Below are positions 1 through 11,682 of a stretch of DNA of 64,000 bases, piece by piece. The position numbers and the translations under genes are program-made. Under the pieces are notes generated by a model, which made no database searches, was not told the DNA's origin, and saw only the letters and a list, made by a program, of their open reading frames with translations. Numbering within the stretch: position 1 is the first letter of the stretch; each line of letters begins with the position of its first letter. Origin of the DNA: Leptogorgia sarmentosa (Eukaryota); assembly GCA_964658305.1 (NCBI GenBank), contig OZ210885.1, positions 3,224,001 through 3,288,000 on the forward strand, in the 5' to 3' direction.

Positions 1-623
1 GGGCATGTTGGGGGTGTGTTAGAGCTCATACAAGCCACTCAATTGGCTAATTCAAAATAGTATCTTCATTCCCATTGGTTGTAATTTCTTGATCGATCAT
101 GACCGATCAGACGTTCAGAGAGCTGGTCTCGTATTAGCGCCTTTTCGATACTGTGAGCCTTGAACGCGAAGGAGAGAATACAGCGAGTATTTCACAATGT
201 CTTGTGATATTTTCGAGAGTGTACGCTTGGCGTTTCAGCAAAACGACCAAGTCTCCCCTCAAAATATTATGACGATTTAAAACGCGAGGTTGAAGCGAGA
301 AGAGGTCCATCGGTCGAAGAGTTGTTGAGCGCGATTATATAAACAACATAAACATGTGCCTCAGGCGAAGCTATAGTGCTGAATCGTTCATCCCCAAATC
401 TGCTCGAGAAGGGAAAGACAAGATCTGTACTGCAATAAGGTCAAGATATTAGTATTATTTGTTTATTATAATGCTGGTTTATGTCTTTCTCATGTTAATA
501 AATACTAAATAGCGTCTATACATTTCTCGCGTTACGCGTCTTGCTTGCGGCAGCCGGCAAGACTTGATATATTACTATTAGGTAGTCAAGCATTAAAGTA
601 TAATGTAACAAATAAATAACAAG

Positions 624-1226
624 CATTAGTATAATATTATAAGGTTGGCAAGTAAACAATAATATGATGGCTCGCTACCGCCTAAAACAAGGCGAAAAAA
701 TCAACGTCTCGCCAACAAACTTCGCTAAAAAATAGCAGCCCCTACTTCTAGGATAGTATTACTAAATATGTACAACGTTTTTTGGCAACAAAACGAGTGA
801 AAAAGTCGAAAAAATACGAAAAGTTTCTCTTAATTTGCCGTGTCTCGATGCTGGATGCCTGTTGCCGTGCAAAAATTGCCGTTTGAAATAACGAATACGC
901 GATCCTATTGGTGGGCTGTTATGTCGGTTTATTTATAACCAATAGGATCGCGTATTCGTCATTTGAAACGGCAATTTTTGCACGGCAACAGGCATCCAGC
1001 ATCGAGACACGGCAAATTGAAAGAAACTTTTCGTATTTTTTCGACTTTTTCACATGTTTTGTTGCCTGAAAACGTTGTACATATTTAGTAATACTATCCT
1101 AGAAGTAGGGGCTGCTATTTTTTAGCGAAGTTTGTTGGCGAGACGTTGATTTTTTCGCCTTGTTTTAGGCGGTAGCGAGCCATCATATTATTGTTTACTT
1201 GCCAACCTTATAATATTATACTAATG
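624..1226. mobile_element. Foldback/palindromic element: 289-bp inverted arms (624-912, 938-1226) with 25-bp spacer, in the last intron of gene copy A
   Basis: cattagtataatattataaggttggcaag...gatcctattggt is the near-perfect reverse complement of accaataggatc...ccttataatattatactaatg; no unambiguous TSD. Confidence 0.85.
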
Positions 1227-1823
1227 AATACTACGTCATGCGTGCGTTGGGCTACCTATGCTAAGGTACGAAAAATCCTGGATCCGCCCCTGCAGTCAAC
1301 ACTAACTAAACATCGCATATTTAATAACACAGCATGCTGATTTAGGAAATCTGTTTGAGGATACATGTGCGCTTTGCGAACCTATTTTTAACTTTGGTTT
1401 ACATATGCCTGAACGAGATAGCAGGGAGCCAAGGAGGTTAATTAAAATCTGGCTTCGTATAAAAGGAGTGCCATCTGAAATGGGATTCGAGTAATTAAAT
1501 ACGTACGCGTATTATTAGTAGGTGGTTTTCCACCAATGTGTTCATGTTTAGCCTACGTGGCACAATGTTGATTTAACTCTTTATACTGGATCGATGTTAA
1601 TTTAACAATTTATACACCAAATTTACTCATTATGGAGAGAAAATTAAATCTTCATTCAGGAGTTAAGGTCGTTTTATTTCTCCCATCCACACTGGCACCG
1701 CCCGCTCAAATTTTTTTGGATTGCTTTGAAACTGATGATCTTTATCACGACTGAAATACCCGATTACTAAGAGACAGAGCTGTAATCACATCTGACCCAG
1801 GATTGTTGTGTTTATTTTGACAG

Positions 1824-2143
1824 GTGATCATACATCTGCTCCAGGATCATTTTTGTTCTCTCTGCGCAATAACGATGACCTTGCACCTTTCAAGGCTCCG
1901 CTGAAAGACCAGAATAACGGGTATGCAATTTACCGCCACAGTGGATATGGACCAACATTTTGTGGTGGTTGCGACTTGGTCATTGCCGACGATGCGAATT
2001 CAACCACCAATTCCTACACGTATTTAGGTTACTCCTACCAAGCTCCATCCGGATACACTCCCGGCCAAGCCAACACATACTCCCTCCTGGCAGGAAGCTA
2101 TAAATTCACTCCATCAGAAGTCGAAGTCTTGTATCTAAATTAA
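1824..2143 (+). CDS. Copy A: terminal exon (C-terminal half of TLDc domain) of a PAN-EGF-TLDc paralog; upstream exons lie before the window
   Basis: ttttgacag acceptor at 1823; SFLFSL...GYGPTF.GG.DL.I...LAG...F...EVEVLY TLDc motifs; homologous to terminal exons at 19407, 26415, 40341 and 57632. Confidence 0.85.
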
Positions 2144-4544
2144 AAAACTACTTCAACAATGCCATAAGGTAAATAATTTTAACATAAAGCAGAATATACC
2201 GAAAATGATTTGAAATAAGCCTACTCCCATGTAATCTCCATGATTGTAAAACACACCTCAATCAATTTTATGATTTAGGGAACTTTATTAGGGAACATAA
2301 AATTTCCGTGTCTAAAAATTGACAAGTCTTAGCAATATATAAAGACTTCTTCCTAAAATACATAACAGGCCTAGACGTTTATTGCATCATTTACAGTAAT
2401 TTTTTATAGAAAAGTAGATAAAGTTTTGCTGTTGTAGCTATATCCAGACACATTATGATGATAGATAGAATGGAATTCGTCCATGAAATATTGTAGAAAT
2501 GCCTCAACATAACCAAAGAAAGGCAATAATTAACTAGACAAACACTCATACACTCGCCCAAATAGACAAACACTGTAGTATTAACATAATGATTGTATTT
2601 GTATAATTACCTCGGGTCGGTACGACACCGAGGTCATAAATTCGGCTCGTGTTTTTTGTTTTTTTTGTGTCGAGCCGCGCACGTAGTCGAAGGGCCTGTG
2701 AAAGAGTCGATAACTTCCGGCGGCAAATCAGTACAACTTCCAGCCAAACGATGCGAAGCAGAACCCGATTTTTAACATGCATGTTTACCTGGATAAATAT
2801 TGTCGGGTATATGTTGAAATCATGTAAAATATCTCGTATATACATATACACGGCGTATATATGTATATACGGCGGCCAACTTTATGATCAATTTGTTCAA
2901 TTTCCACTTCAGTCGTATCGTAGTTTAAATTCTATTGTATAGCTGCATCCGTTGGCATCAGAAGTTCAGAACGCCATGAAATTTGCCACAATGTTCTCAA
3001 AGTGCATTCCCGGTCGATTGACGGAATTAGATATTATGATTTTGAGAACATTTGCAAGCAATTTTACATTTCGACAAGGTTAACGTTCGACAAGGACCCA
3101 AGAGCAAGTGGTTTGAAATGAAACTTCAAACTGCTTGCGGGCGAGTCAGAGCGGTTTGCTTCTCGTTTTATATATATCTAAACATTTTAAATCTTAATTA
3201 GCTAACTGAAATCCATGGATGAAATACCAAATACAGTAGACCGATCCGAGGTTAACGCCTAGCGGGCGTCTTGTTATGGGTTAATTTGTTAAATAAAAAT
3301 TTGGGAAAATCGTAGTTGTTTAAATATGTATCAAGAATTGTTTTACAATAATTGAACTGTACAACCAAACATGATCTACAAAAAAGTCCGTAAACTCGAA
3401 ACCGAGACTGAATCGCAAATGAACAAAAAGAACATCGTGCTGTAAGATGACATGTTTTTGAGGTATGTTTGATTTTTTAATTGCATTTAATTTTCTTATT
3501 TTCGTGCATGGAATTAGAATTCAATACGAGTTTTTTTAAGCCCCAGGTTTCAGTGAATAGTGCTTTTTTATATCATTTGTATCGTGAACATTTTTTTAAA
3601 TATCGAGCGGGGTTCCATTTATTAATTGAACAATTATTGTTCAATTTGAATGAATCCGAAAACCCACCAAAGATGCAATTAAGAACCTTTTTACGGCATT
3701 TCTTCGAAAAATGTAACAGAATGTCGATCGTTTCTGCTCGAATAGACTAGCATTATACATCGTTTTATCTATGTTTAGGTTTTGAAAACGAACCTCGGAA
3801 AAATTGCATTCTTGCCGGTATTTATTTCCTTGGTTTGGAACAACCCCGAAAAATTTGAACAAACTGAAATTAAGTCATAACGCGTCAGAATTCTAGGACT
3901 AGAAGACTAGCTTTTTCAGTCGAAAGATATTCTTTAGCCTCGATCGAAAATGTTTTTTTTCATTATTCTCTCTATAAGAAACGGGCAGGGGTGGGGGGTC
4001 ATATATTTGGCAAATTTAAGAATTTGTTTTACATTTTCGACTCAGGAAACGTTGAAGGCGAGGCATAATTCACTGCGAGACAACATTTTGGTTCATTGCG
4101 ATACTTTAAGAGAAACAGTGCCGCATTCAGGGGCCCTACAAAAGGGGGGGGGGGCATTCATCCAGCATATCATAAACAGTTATCCTCCGCATACAAATAT
4201 GTCCAAACCTATTTCATGCATATGAGCCGGGAGATGTTATTAACGTTAATTTAGAAATATAACAAATGTTGTATATAATGTTAATATATAGTTCATCAAA
4301 GCAATATCTTCTGAGGTTTTTGGGATTGGGAATTCAATGGTGATTAGGATATGACTAGGCGTACTCGATATTCGTCTTCACCAGCTTTCTTATATGGTTT
4401 TCAAGGAATTTAAGACATGTTTTGAATAAAACGCTCCGTGACCGCATTAACCGCTGGGCGCACTGATGGGGCCAATGAATTATTGGGGCCCAAACATCTT
4501 CGGTGGTCAGTTACAAATTCATAAATTTCATTCTCCTGCGCACA
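2144..4544 (+). repeat. 3' flank of copy A, near-identical to 3' flank of copy C (26735-28514) and partly to that of D (40664-41028, resuming ~42110-42270)
   Basis: Direct sequence match; the same spurious ORFs recur (2391/26997; 3950/27884). Confidence 0.9.
2607..3275 (+). mobile_element. Non-autonomous Helentron-like (HINE/DINE-type) insertion
   Basis: Absent from the paralogous flank at ~27200; 5' hairpin cctcgg..ccgagg, subterminal inverted copy accgatccgagg at ~3240, 3' hairpin acgcc-tagcg-ggcgt then cttgtt. Confidence 0.6.
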
Positions 4545-5580
4545 TTAGCCGGGGAGGGGGGGGGGGGGGGGCTGGGAGTGTGGAGACCATGCCGTCTAAC
4601 GTATTTGTCCTACTTGTATCGCTTTCATTTTAATCATATTATCCTTGAATCGCTAAGGGTTATAATTATAAGGTTTAACGCGTTTACAGTAGGAAATTTA
4701 ATAGATATCGGTCGCTGCATTCCCTCAGATCACGCACTTTCACCATTTTTAACAGAGGAACTATCAGGGCCGCGGAATATCAAAAATTAGGGGGGGGTTG
4801 CAAATATTCATATATTCGAAATATTTGAAATCATTTGTTTTCAATGTATGAATTTCAATGTATGAATATCCCCCCCCCCAATTATCGATTTTCCGCTGCC
4901 CCTGGCCGGGAACTCTTATAGAGCCAACTATAATTTTCGCAAGTTATTGCTTCGCAGTAGATAAAACAGGGATTTGCAAACTCTTTTCAATGAGGAAGAA
5001 GGAATCATGATATTTACGGTTCATTGCATGCATGTGGTGCTTTCTATTGATAGGCGGTGCGTGCAGGTTCAGTTTGCTATTCAAAATCATGAAAGAAAAA
5101 GAGGGGGGGGGGGTTATCTGGTTTTCTATATGGTAGACTCTCCGTCTAATAAGTGAAGCTAGTGCAGGGCTTTTAAGTTAAATGTTAGCTTAAATTTTCA
5201 ATTTTTTTAAGAACTTTCCAGTTGAAAAAGTCAATTAAGCTTGTTGCTATGTTGAAAAATATTTGCAGAGGTAATTAAGCATGTTTCGTCGTAAGCAATA
5301 TATCTGCACCTGCCACAATTAAGACGGTCGTAATAAACTCGAGTTACACGGTCAGTTGACAATTGCCAACGAAAAAAAATACGCTGGTTTTTAATCGACA
5401 TGCATTTTGTTTTCGTGTCTGATCTCAAACTTTTTTAATTTGTTCCATTTATAACCCGGCATGGTTCTCATTATTTTGATCTAGTCCTGCACGTATTTCT
5501 CAACAGACACCTTGCTGGAATAAATGAATATAAGCGTATAATTTTGGATTTCCTCATTGTCATTGTGTTTATATTATAAT

Positions 5581-5669
5581 TGTTGTGTTGTATTCTATTT
5601 ATTGTTCTATTTATATATCTGATGCATCATACTACGTTACTATTAATATTATTAACTAATCCCACTACA
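5581..5669 (-). repeat. 3' LTR (89 bp)
   Basis: Identical to 9850-9938. Confidence 0.95.
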
Positions 5670-5681
5670 TCTCCCCTTTTT
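5670..5681 (-). promoter_or_regulatory. Polypurine tract (AAAAAGGGGAGA)
   Basis: Immediately precedes the 3' LTR on the minus strand. Confidence 0.85.
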
Positions 5682-5746
5682 ATGTTAACAAAATGTCAAT
5701 CGTGTTTCAGTTTTGTTCCTCTTACACGTTATTACTTCTATTGCTC

Positions 5747-8700
5747 TTACTCAAGTCCAAGGTTTTCCCTAGCTTTCAACGATAGTTTCTTGATCCTATT
5801 GGGTCTATCTTTCGCCTGCACCGGGGTTGGTTTCTCTTCGCCTTGCTTCTCTGGACCTTCAGGAATTATAGGTGGAATAACTTTCAGTTGTATCCGATTG
5901 CGGCGGACAACTGCTTTCGATGTGTTAACAATGTATGATCTTGGAGTGTTGGCTTTTCCAATGACGTTTCCTCGGCATTTCATATCTGTGACAAATACCG
6001 TCGTTCCCGAGCATAGTGGTTCCATCTCACGTGCTTTATGGTGATTGTCGAAATTTCTTTTTTGATTGCTTCTCCTTACTTCCTCCTTTTCCTGGAAAGA
6101 GTTCCTGTCGGGAAGCTGCGGCATCAACTGATGTGGAGCAGTTGGTATCGTTGATCTGATGTTTCGTCCCATCAAGAGTTGGGCTGGAGAATAACCAGTA
6201 GCTAATGGAGTGGATCTATAAGCAAGCAATGCTTTTGCTGGATCGTTTTCTTTCTTTAGTATTTCTTTCACCGTCCTGACAGCTCGCTCGGCTTCACCAT
6301 TTGATTGAGGAAATCGAGGGCTACTAGTGGTATGATAGAATCCCCAATCTTTTGCGAATTGGGCAAACTCATCACTATGGTATTGTGGTCCGTTGTCGGA
6401 GCGTAACTCATTGGGAATACCGTGCCGGGCAAATATCGACTTCAACGCGTTGATAACTGCTAGAGAACTGGTGGTGTTGCGTAATGTCACAACTTCGACG
6501 TATCGTGAGTAGTAATCGACGACGAGTAAGTAGTTGGTGTCCTTGATAGTAAACAGGTCAGACGCAATCATTTGCCAGGGGCGGTCTGGAAGTGGTGTTG
6601 GCATCAAGGGTTCTGGAGGGGAGTTACGATGTTCACGACAGGTTTGACAGTTTTCGACCATTGTTTTGACTTGTGCACTTAGTCCTGGCCACCACACTGA
6701 TCTGTTGGCTCTTGCTCGACATTTATTAATGCCTTGGTGTCCATCGTGGATTCTCTCCAACGTTTCGCGTTGTAAACCCTTGGGAATCACAATTCGCGTA
6801 CCTTTCATGAGTAGGCCTCGGACTATTGTTAGTTCGTCATTGACTTGATAATATGGTTTTAGATCCTGGTCGAGATGCTCCTTATCGGGCCATTGATCAA
6901 GACAATATCTTTTGACCTGTTGGCAAACTTTGTCTTTGTCTTGGGCTTTACGAATTTCGGACAGTTTGGGATCGGACGCAGGTAGGGCTGCTATGATACT
7001 GTCAACGTGTCGATTGATGTCTTCTTCGGCTATGGTGGGTGTGGTACTGTTCGGGTTGGCTAGCTTTCGGGACAATGTGTCGGCTGTATAATGGTATTTT
7101 CCCGGAACGTGTCGTACGTCTTTTATGTTGAATCTCATTAGTCTCATCTTATAGCGCTGTAACCGTGGTGGTAATTTATCTATGGTGTGCTTCATTAAGA
7201 GTGGTACTAATGGTTTGTGATCGGTTTCAATTGTGACTGCCTTTCCGATTATGTAGTTGCTAGAACGTTCACATGCCCATGTTACGGCCAATGCCTCCTT
7301 CTCGATTTGGGCATATTTGGATTCCGTATTGGTCATGGACCTGGAGATGAAAGACACCGGTTTCCACTCACCTGGTGCTTCCTCTTGCAAGACTACTGCA
7401 CCGAGACCGTACGAAGACGCGTCAGCGGCTATCTTTGTCTCTTTGTTTGGATCATACAAAGCTAGCACGGGCGCTGTGGTGAGAGCTTGCTTGGTTTTGG
7501 AAAAAGCGTCCTGTTGGGCTGGTCCCCATGCCCAAGCAGTGGTTTTGATTAACAAGTCACGAATTGGCTTTGTGAGGTGGGCTAGGTTAGTGGTGAATTT
7601 ACTGAACTGATTCACCATGCCTAAAAATGAACGCACTTCGTGCAGATTGGTTGGATGTGGCATGTTGAGGATTGCTTCGATTTTGTCTGGGTCTGGTTTG
7701 ATTCCATCTGAACCTACGATCTGTCCTAGGAACTTAACGCTTTGGACGTTGAACTCGCACTTCTCTGCATTCAGAGTAACATTGGCGTTGCTGAGGCGAC
7801 GGAGTACTGCGTCGAGTCGTTGATCGTGTTCTTTGTGCGTGGTACCATAGACCAGTATATCGTCGATGTTGCATTCAACACCGTCCAAGCCTTCCAGTAT
7901 CTGGCTCATACACTTTTGAAACTTTTCCGATCCTGAACTAATGCCAAAGGGTAGGACGTTAAAACAATATCGTCCCCAGGGTGTGATGAAGGTGGTCAGT
8001 GGTCGTGATCTTTCCGATAGCTTGATTTGCCAAAAGCCTGAATTGGCGTCTAATCGTGAGAAGAACTTCGCTCCAGCGAGTTTCGCAAAGGTTGTCTCAG
8101 TTGTGGGTAAAGGATGGTTTTCCCGTTTGACGTATCGATTAAGTTGTGTGAGGTCCACACATACACGAACTTTGCCATTACTTTTGGGGGTGACCACCAT
8201 TGGAGCGCACCATTCGGTGGGTTCGTCCACTCGGGAGATGACTCCATTTTGTTCCATCCGCTGTAATTCTTGTTTTGTTTTCTGGCGTAGGGGTATGGGA
8301 ACTTGTCTGGGTACGTTAATCGCAAAAGGTGTTGCAGCCTCCGTTAGCTTGATGTCGTATTGTTGGCCTTTCATTTGACCCAGGCCACTGAAGAGTGTTG
8401 GATACCTGGATTGTATTGTATCTTGTGTTCGAGGAGCGTTAATGACCTCTATTCGATTGATGAGATTTAGACGATGTGCAGCTTCGCGTCCTAATAGTGG
8501 ACGTTGAAGCCCATCAACGACAAATATTTCTTCTTCGGTTTCGAAATTACCATGGTGTAATTGTATGGTAAACGTTCCCTTGACTAGCAACTTGTGGTTG
8601 CAGGGGCCCATCAAAAGTTTCCTTGTTTGTCGGAGAGGAATAGGTGCGTGGATTGTTTGATAGACCTTGTATGGTATGACTGTAACGTCTGCTCCGCTGT

Positions 8701-9688
8701 CAATTTTAAATGCGACGCTAGTTTCGTTTAATTCGAGATTGGTAACCCATGGGTTAGTTGAGGGAGTTGGAGTGCCAATTGCTCCCAGAAAATATGTCTC
8801 TTCGTCAGAACTGTCTGCTGCGATATTTTGGCGGGAGATCTCGCTTATGTTTTTTTGCGGTAAACTACGACTGTCACGACCCCGACACGCTTTCGCCCAG
8901 TGTCCTTTTTTTGAACACTTTCGACATACGGAGTCGCTCGCGGGGCACAACTTCCTAGGGTGTGCGTTTCCGAGACAACGCGTACATTTACCTTTGTCAA
9001 ACTTGCTCAGTTTACTACTCGAGTGGAAGTATTGCTGCTTGTCGTCGCGCCGTGAGGTTTCACGCGGTTTATTTTTAGATATGCTGTCAATGTTATGTCC
9101 AATTGGGGACTTTGAATGAATTAGACTTTGTTGCTTTTTGACTTCCTCGCTTTGTTTAGCTTGACTCATTGCTCGTTCGAGGGTTAGAGCGGAATCGAGT
9201 TGTAATTTTTCTGACAAGCGCTTATTCCGTAAACCTACCACTATGCGATCACGTATTAATTGATCTTTCAAAGTGCCAAATTCACAATGTTCAGCGAGGC
9301 AGTGCAAGTCCGTAATAAAATTATCTACGGGTTCGCCTTCATTTTGAACTCTTACGTTGAATTTCGCTCGTTCATAGATGACGTTACGCTTGGCAATAAA
9401 ATGATGTTCAAATGCATTCTTTACTGCTTCATAACTTCGCAGTTCTTCTGCGTTTAAATTGAACGACAACAAGATATCGTCTGCTTCGTCTCCCATAGTG
9501 TAAATAAGGGCGTTTACCTGTTTGTCCTCGTCTTTCTTGTCTAATTCCGTAGCCATTCGGAAGCGCTCGAATCGGCGAATCCATCGAGTCCAATCGACTG
9601 ATTTGAACGAAAACTTCGACGGTGGAGTGATTTGATATGTTGTAAAACTTTGTACTGGAGCTCCTTCGGGTAACTCCGTATCTGACAT
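5747..9688 (-). CDS. Gag-Pol polyprotein (~1313 aa from ATG 9688)
   Basis: Zinc knuckles (CTRC..H..C; CRKCSKKGHWAKAC), protease FKIDSGADVT, RT LPFGI/NIDDILVY, RNase H ADASSYGLGAV, integrase H..H..C..C and D-D-E (SDLF, SDNGPQY, SNGEAER). Confidence 0.95.
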   Translation of the reverse strand: MSDTELPEGAPVQSFTTYQITPPSKFSFKSVDWTRWIRRFERFRMATELDKKDEDKQVNALIYTMGDEADDILLSFNLNAEELRSYEAVKNAFEHHFIAKRNVIYERAKFNVRVQNEGEPVDNFITDLHCLAEHCEFGTLKDQLIRDRIVVGLRNKRLSEKLQLDSALTLERAMSQAKQSEEVKKQQSLIHSKSPIGHNIDSISKNKPRETSRRDDKQQYFHSSSKLSKFDKGKCTRCLGNAHPRKLCPASDSVCRKCSKKGHWAKACRGRDSRSLPQKNISEISRQNIAADSSDEETYFLGAIGTPTPSTNPWVTNLELNETSVAFKIDSGADVTVIPYKVYQTIHAPIPLRQTRKLLMGPCNHKLLVKGTFTIQLHHGNFETEEEIFVVDGLQRPLLGREAAHRLNLINRIEVINAPRTQDTIQSRYPTLFSGLGQMKGQQYDIKLTEAATPFAINVPRQVPIPLRQKTKQELQRMEQNGVISRVDEPTEWCAPMVVTPKSNGKVRVCVDLTQLNRYVKRENHPLPTTETTFAKLAGAKFFSRLDANSGFWQIKLSERSRPLTTFITPWGRYCFNVLPFGISSGSEKFQKCMSQILEGLDGVECNIDDILVYGTTHKEHDQRLDAVLRRLSNANVTLNAEKCEFNVQSVKFLGQIVGSDGIKPDPDKIEAILNMPHPTNLHEVRSFLGMVNQFSKFTTNLAHLTKPIRDLLIKTTAWAWGPAQQDAFSKTKQALTTAPVLALYDPNKETKIAADASSYGLGAVVLQEEAPGEWKPVSFISRSMTNTESKYAQIEKEALAVTWACERSSNYIIGKAVTIETDHKPLVPLLMKHTIDKLPPRLQRYKMRLMRFNIKDVRHVPGKYHYTADTLSRKLANPNSTTPTIAEEDINRHVDSIIAALPASDPKLSEIRKAQDKDKVCQQVKRYCLDQWPDKEHLDQDLKPYYQVNDELTIVRGLLMKGTRIVIPKGLQRETLERIHDGHQGINKCRARANRSVWWPGLSAQVKTMVENCQTCREHRNSPPEPLMPTPLPDRPWQMIASDLFTIKDTNYLLVVDYYSRYVEVVTLRNTTSSLAVINALKSIFARHGIPNELRSDNGPQYHSDEFAQFAKDWGFYHTTSSPRFPQSNGEAERAVRTVKEILKKENDPAKALLAYRSTPLATGYSPAQLLMGRNIRSTIPTAPHQLMPQLPDRNSFQEKEEVRRSNQKRNFDNHHKAREMEPLCSGTTVFVTDMKCRGNVIGKANTPRSYIVNTSKAVVRRNRIQLKVIPPIIPEGPEKQGEEKPTPVQAKDRPNRIKKLSLKARENLGLE

Positions 9689-9839
9689 ATTAATATAATT
9701 CAATCACGCTTATTTCTGACTGTTATTCTATCGAGATAACGTCTGTTATTGCCGTAGTTTAGGTCTTCTACACCTGCTTAAACTTTTAGTTTAGCTTTAG
9801 GCTTTCCATACAAGATACTGCGGCGTGTTATTTTCACTA

Positions 9840-9849
9840 GCTGCCACCA
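9840..9849 (-). promoter_or_regulatory. Primer binding site TGGTGGCAGC (tRNA-Leu-like)
   Basis: Directly abuts the 5' LTR; complementary to the ...GCTGCCACCA 3' end typical of tRNA-Leu. Confidence 0.7.
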
Positions 9850-9938
9850 TGTTGTGTTGTATTCTATTTATTGTTCTATTTATATATCTGATGCATCATA
9901 CTACGTTACTATTAATATTATTAACTAATCCCACTACA
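9850..9938 (-). repeat. 5' LTR (89 bp)
   Basis: Identical to 5581-5669. Confidence 0.95.
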
Positions 9939-11483
9939 ATAATGGGGCAAAAATTGCATGTTTTTATTATTTGAATAACAGCATGTGTGGGTTGAAACCG
10001 GCGTTTCTGTGCTGCGATGTTAGTAATTATTGAAAAGTCGCCTCTGTGTCTGACGAACATCGGCATTCTATGACCTCTTAGCCTGGGACATGCCCGGGAA
10101 TAGATTTCGCCCGAAATGTAAACATTTAAAAGTATTTTGGAGTTAATGGACGGAAACTTTGGCAAGTTTTGTATTGCTATTCAAAATTTCAGGAAATTTG
10201 GTTCGGTTTAAGCCTTTCAGAACGTCACGCAAACTATTGTTTTTGGTCAGCTTTCTGCATACCTAATTAGGCGTGAATTGCTTCTTTGCAATCATGTGAC
10301 TTTTTGCCCAAATGACGAGAAATTGAACAACTTGTACACAATTTTTCTCAGTATCTAAGTACTTGTAGCAAGATAAAATGACGGTAACACATCTTTCCAT
10401 GACTTAAAATGTCTCTAAATCTTAAAATGTCTCCAATGGATCGATTTTCGTCCTACTTGCCCGTCAACGGGAATTCCAAGTTTACGCCATTGCAAACAAC
10501 CAATCAAGCATGCGAAAAGGTAATTATGCGAAAAACGCGCGACGTCTTGAAAGGCTTAAAATCGATCATTTTTTTTGAAATTTCCACCGGCAATGATGCA
10601 ATACTCGGTAAAGTTTTGTAAAATTGACTTGTAAGCGTTTTGTGCGTTAGCCATTTCTTTTCTTTTCTGTTGGAAAAGACGCCCCCCTAAATTTTGAAGG
10701 TTTAATTTATATTTTTTTAATTAAAAGAGTATTAAAATCATGAATTAAGAGTATAAAAGTAGCCCAGCATAGTACGATTTTATTCAGACAAGAAAAGCCT
10801 TGGGGAAACAACATTTGGAATTCGTCAATTTTCAAGAATGAATTTTCTGGCATTGTTAATGGTGATGTTTCCGATGTCCATTGCACTGAAACCTGTTTCC
10901 AAAGACGGAAAGACATGTGCTTGGAGACATTTCAAGAACGCCAGCTTGGGTAACTATTTTTTATATTAATTTGGGTTACAATTTTCATGTACACTCCACT
11001 TCGAGTTAAGCTGGCGCGTCATATCTTAACAGCCAAATTGTATTTGTATAGCATGCATGGGCATATCCTATTTCAGTTTAAACTCACTGATATATCATGA
11101 TATGCGTGAATATCCGTCTAGATCGTTATCCGTTAGTCATGCTTGCCTCTACAGGCACTGCAGTTGCATGGTGGAATCACATAAATTTTTGTTTTATGTG
11201 AAAGGCATATGATTTTTTTATCCATGCACCTGCGATCGGTTGTACAAAGCGAGCTGAGGTCAGTAAGGTGCTGGCTCAATTGCTAGGGACCTAAGTTTTT
11301 CAATTCCATCATTCTCGCCAATGCCATATCTTGGCTGAAATTTAATTTTTTCACTTTTCATTGCTAATGATATATCTCCTGCATGAAAACCCAGCATGCA
11401 GTGGGCAAGAAACACGAATCTTAGATGTAGAATTTAAAAGAGCAATTTATAGGACTGATACAGCTTCACTCAGTATAAATTAC

Positions 11484-11682
11484 CAGGGCCGCCCAGAGAA
11501 ATTTGGCGTCCAGGGACAAAATTTCACTTTGGGCCCTGGAAATTCTATCTTGTAGTAGCACAAGTCGTTAAGTCACAATCATGCACTCTGAGAGGGTATT
11601 CGAGCTTATATATTTGTTATGTATTCCATTTTATTTTTCATGGGGGGGGGGGGGGGGGCTTTGCCCCCTCTGGGCGGCCGTG
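11484..11682. mobile_element. hAT-like MITE
   Basis: TIR cagggccgcccagag / ctctgggcggccgtg; imperfect 8-bp TSD taaattac/taacttac. Confidence 0.6.

Larger units (their letters stand above)
5581..9938 (-). mobile_element. Full-length Ty3/gypsy LTR retrotransposon (Mag-clade-like)
   Basis: Identical 89-bp TG..CA LTRs, 5-bp TSD ATAAT (5576-5580, 9939-9943), PBS, PPT, single uninterrupted gag-pol ORF with PR-RT-RH-IN order. Confidence 0.97.

Noticed and set aside
2391..4225. Short ORFs conserved between 2391-4225 and 26997-28162
   Set aside because: Conservation reflects recent duplication of non-coding flank; indels and an insertion disrupt the frames
6666..9457. Multiple plus-strand ORFs within the retrotransposon
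   Set aside because: Antisense shadows of the gag-pol ORF with no recognisable motifs
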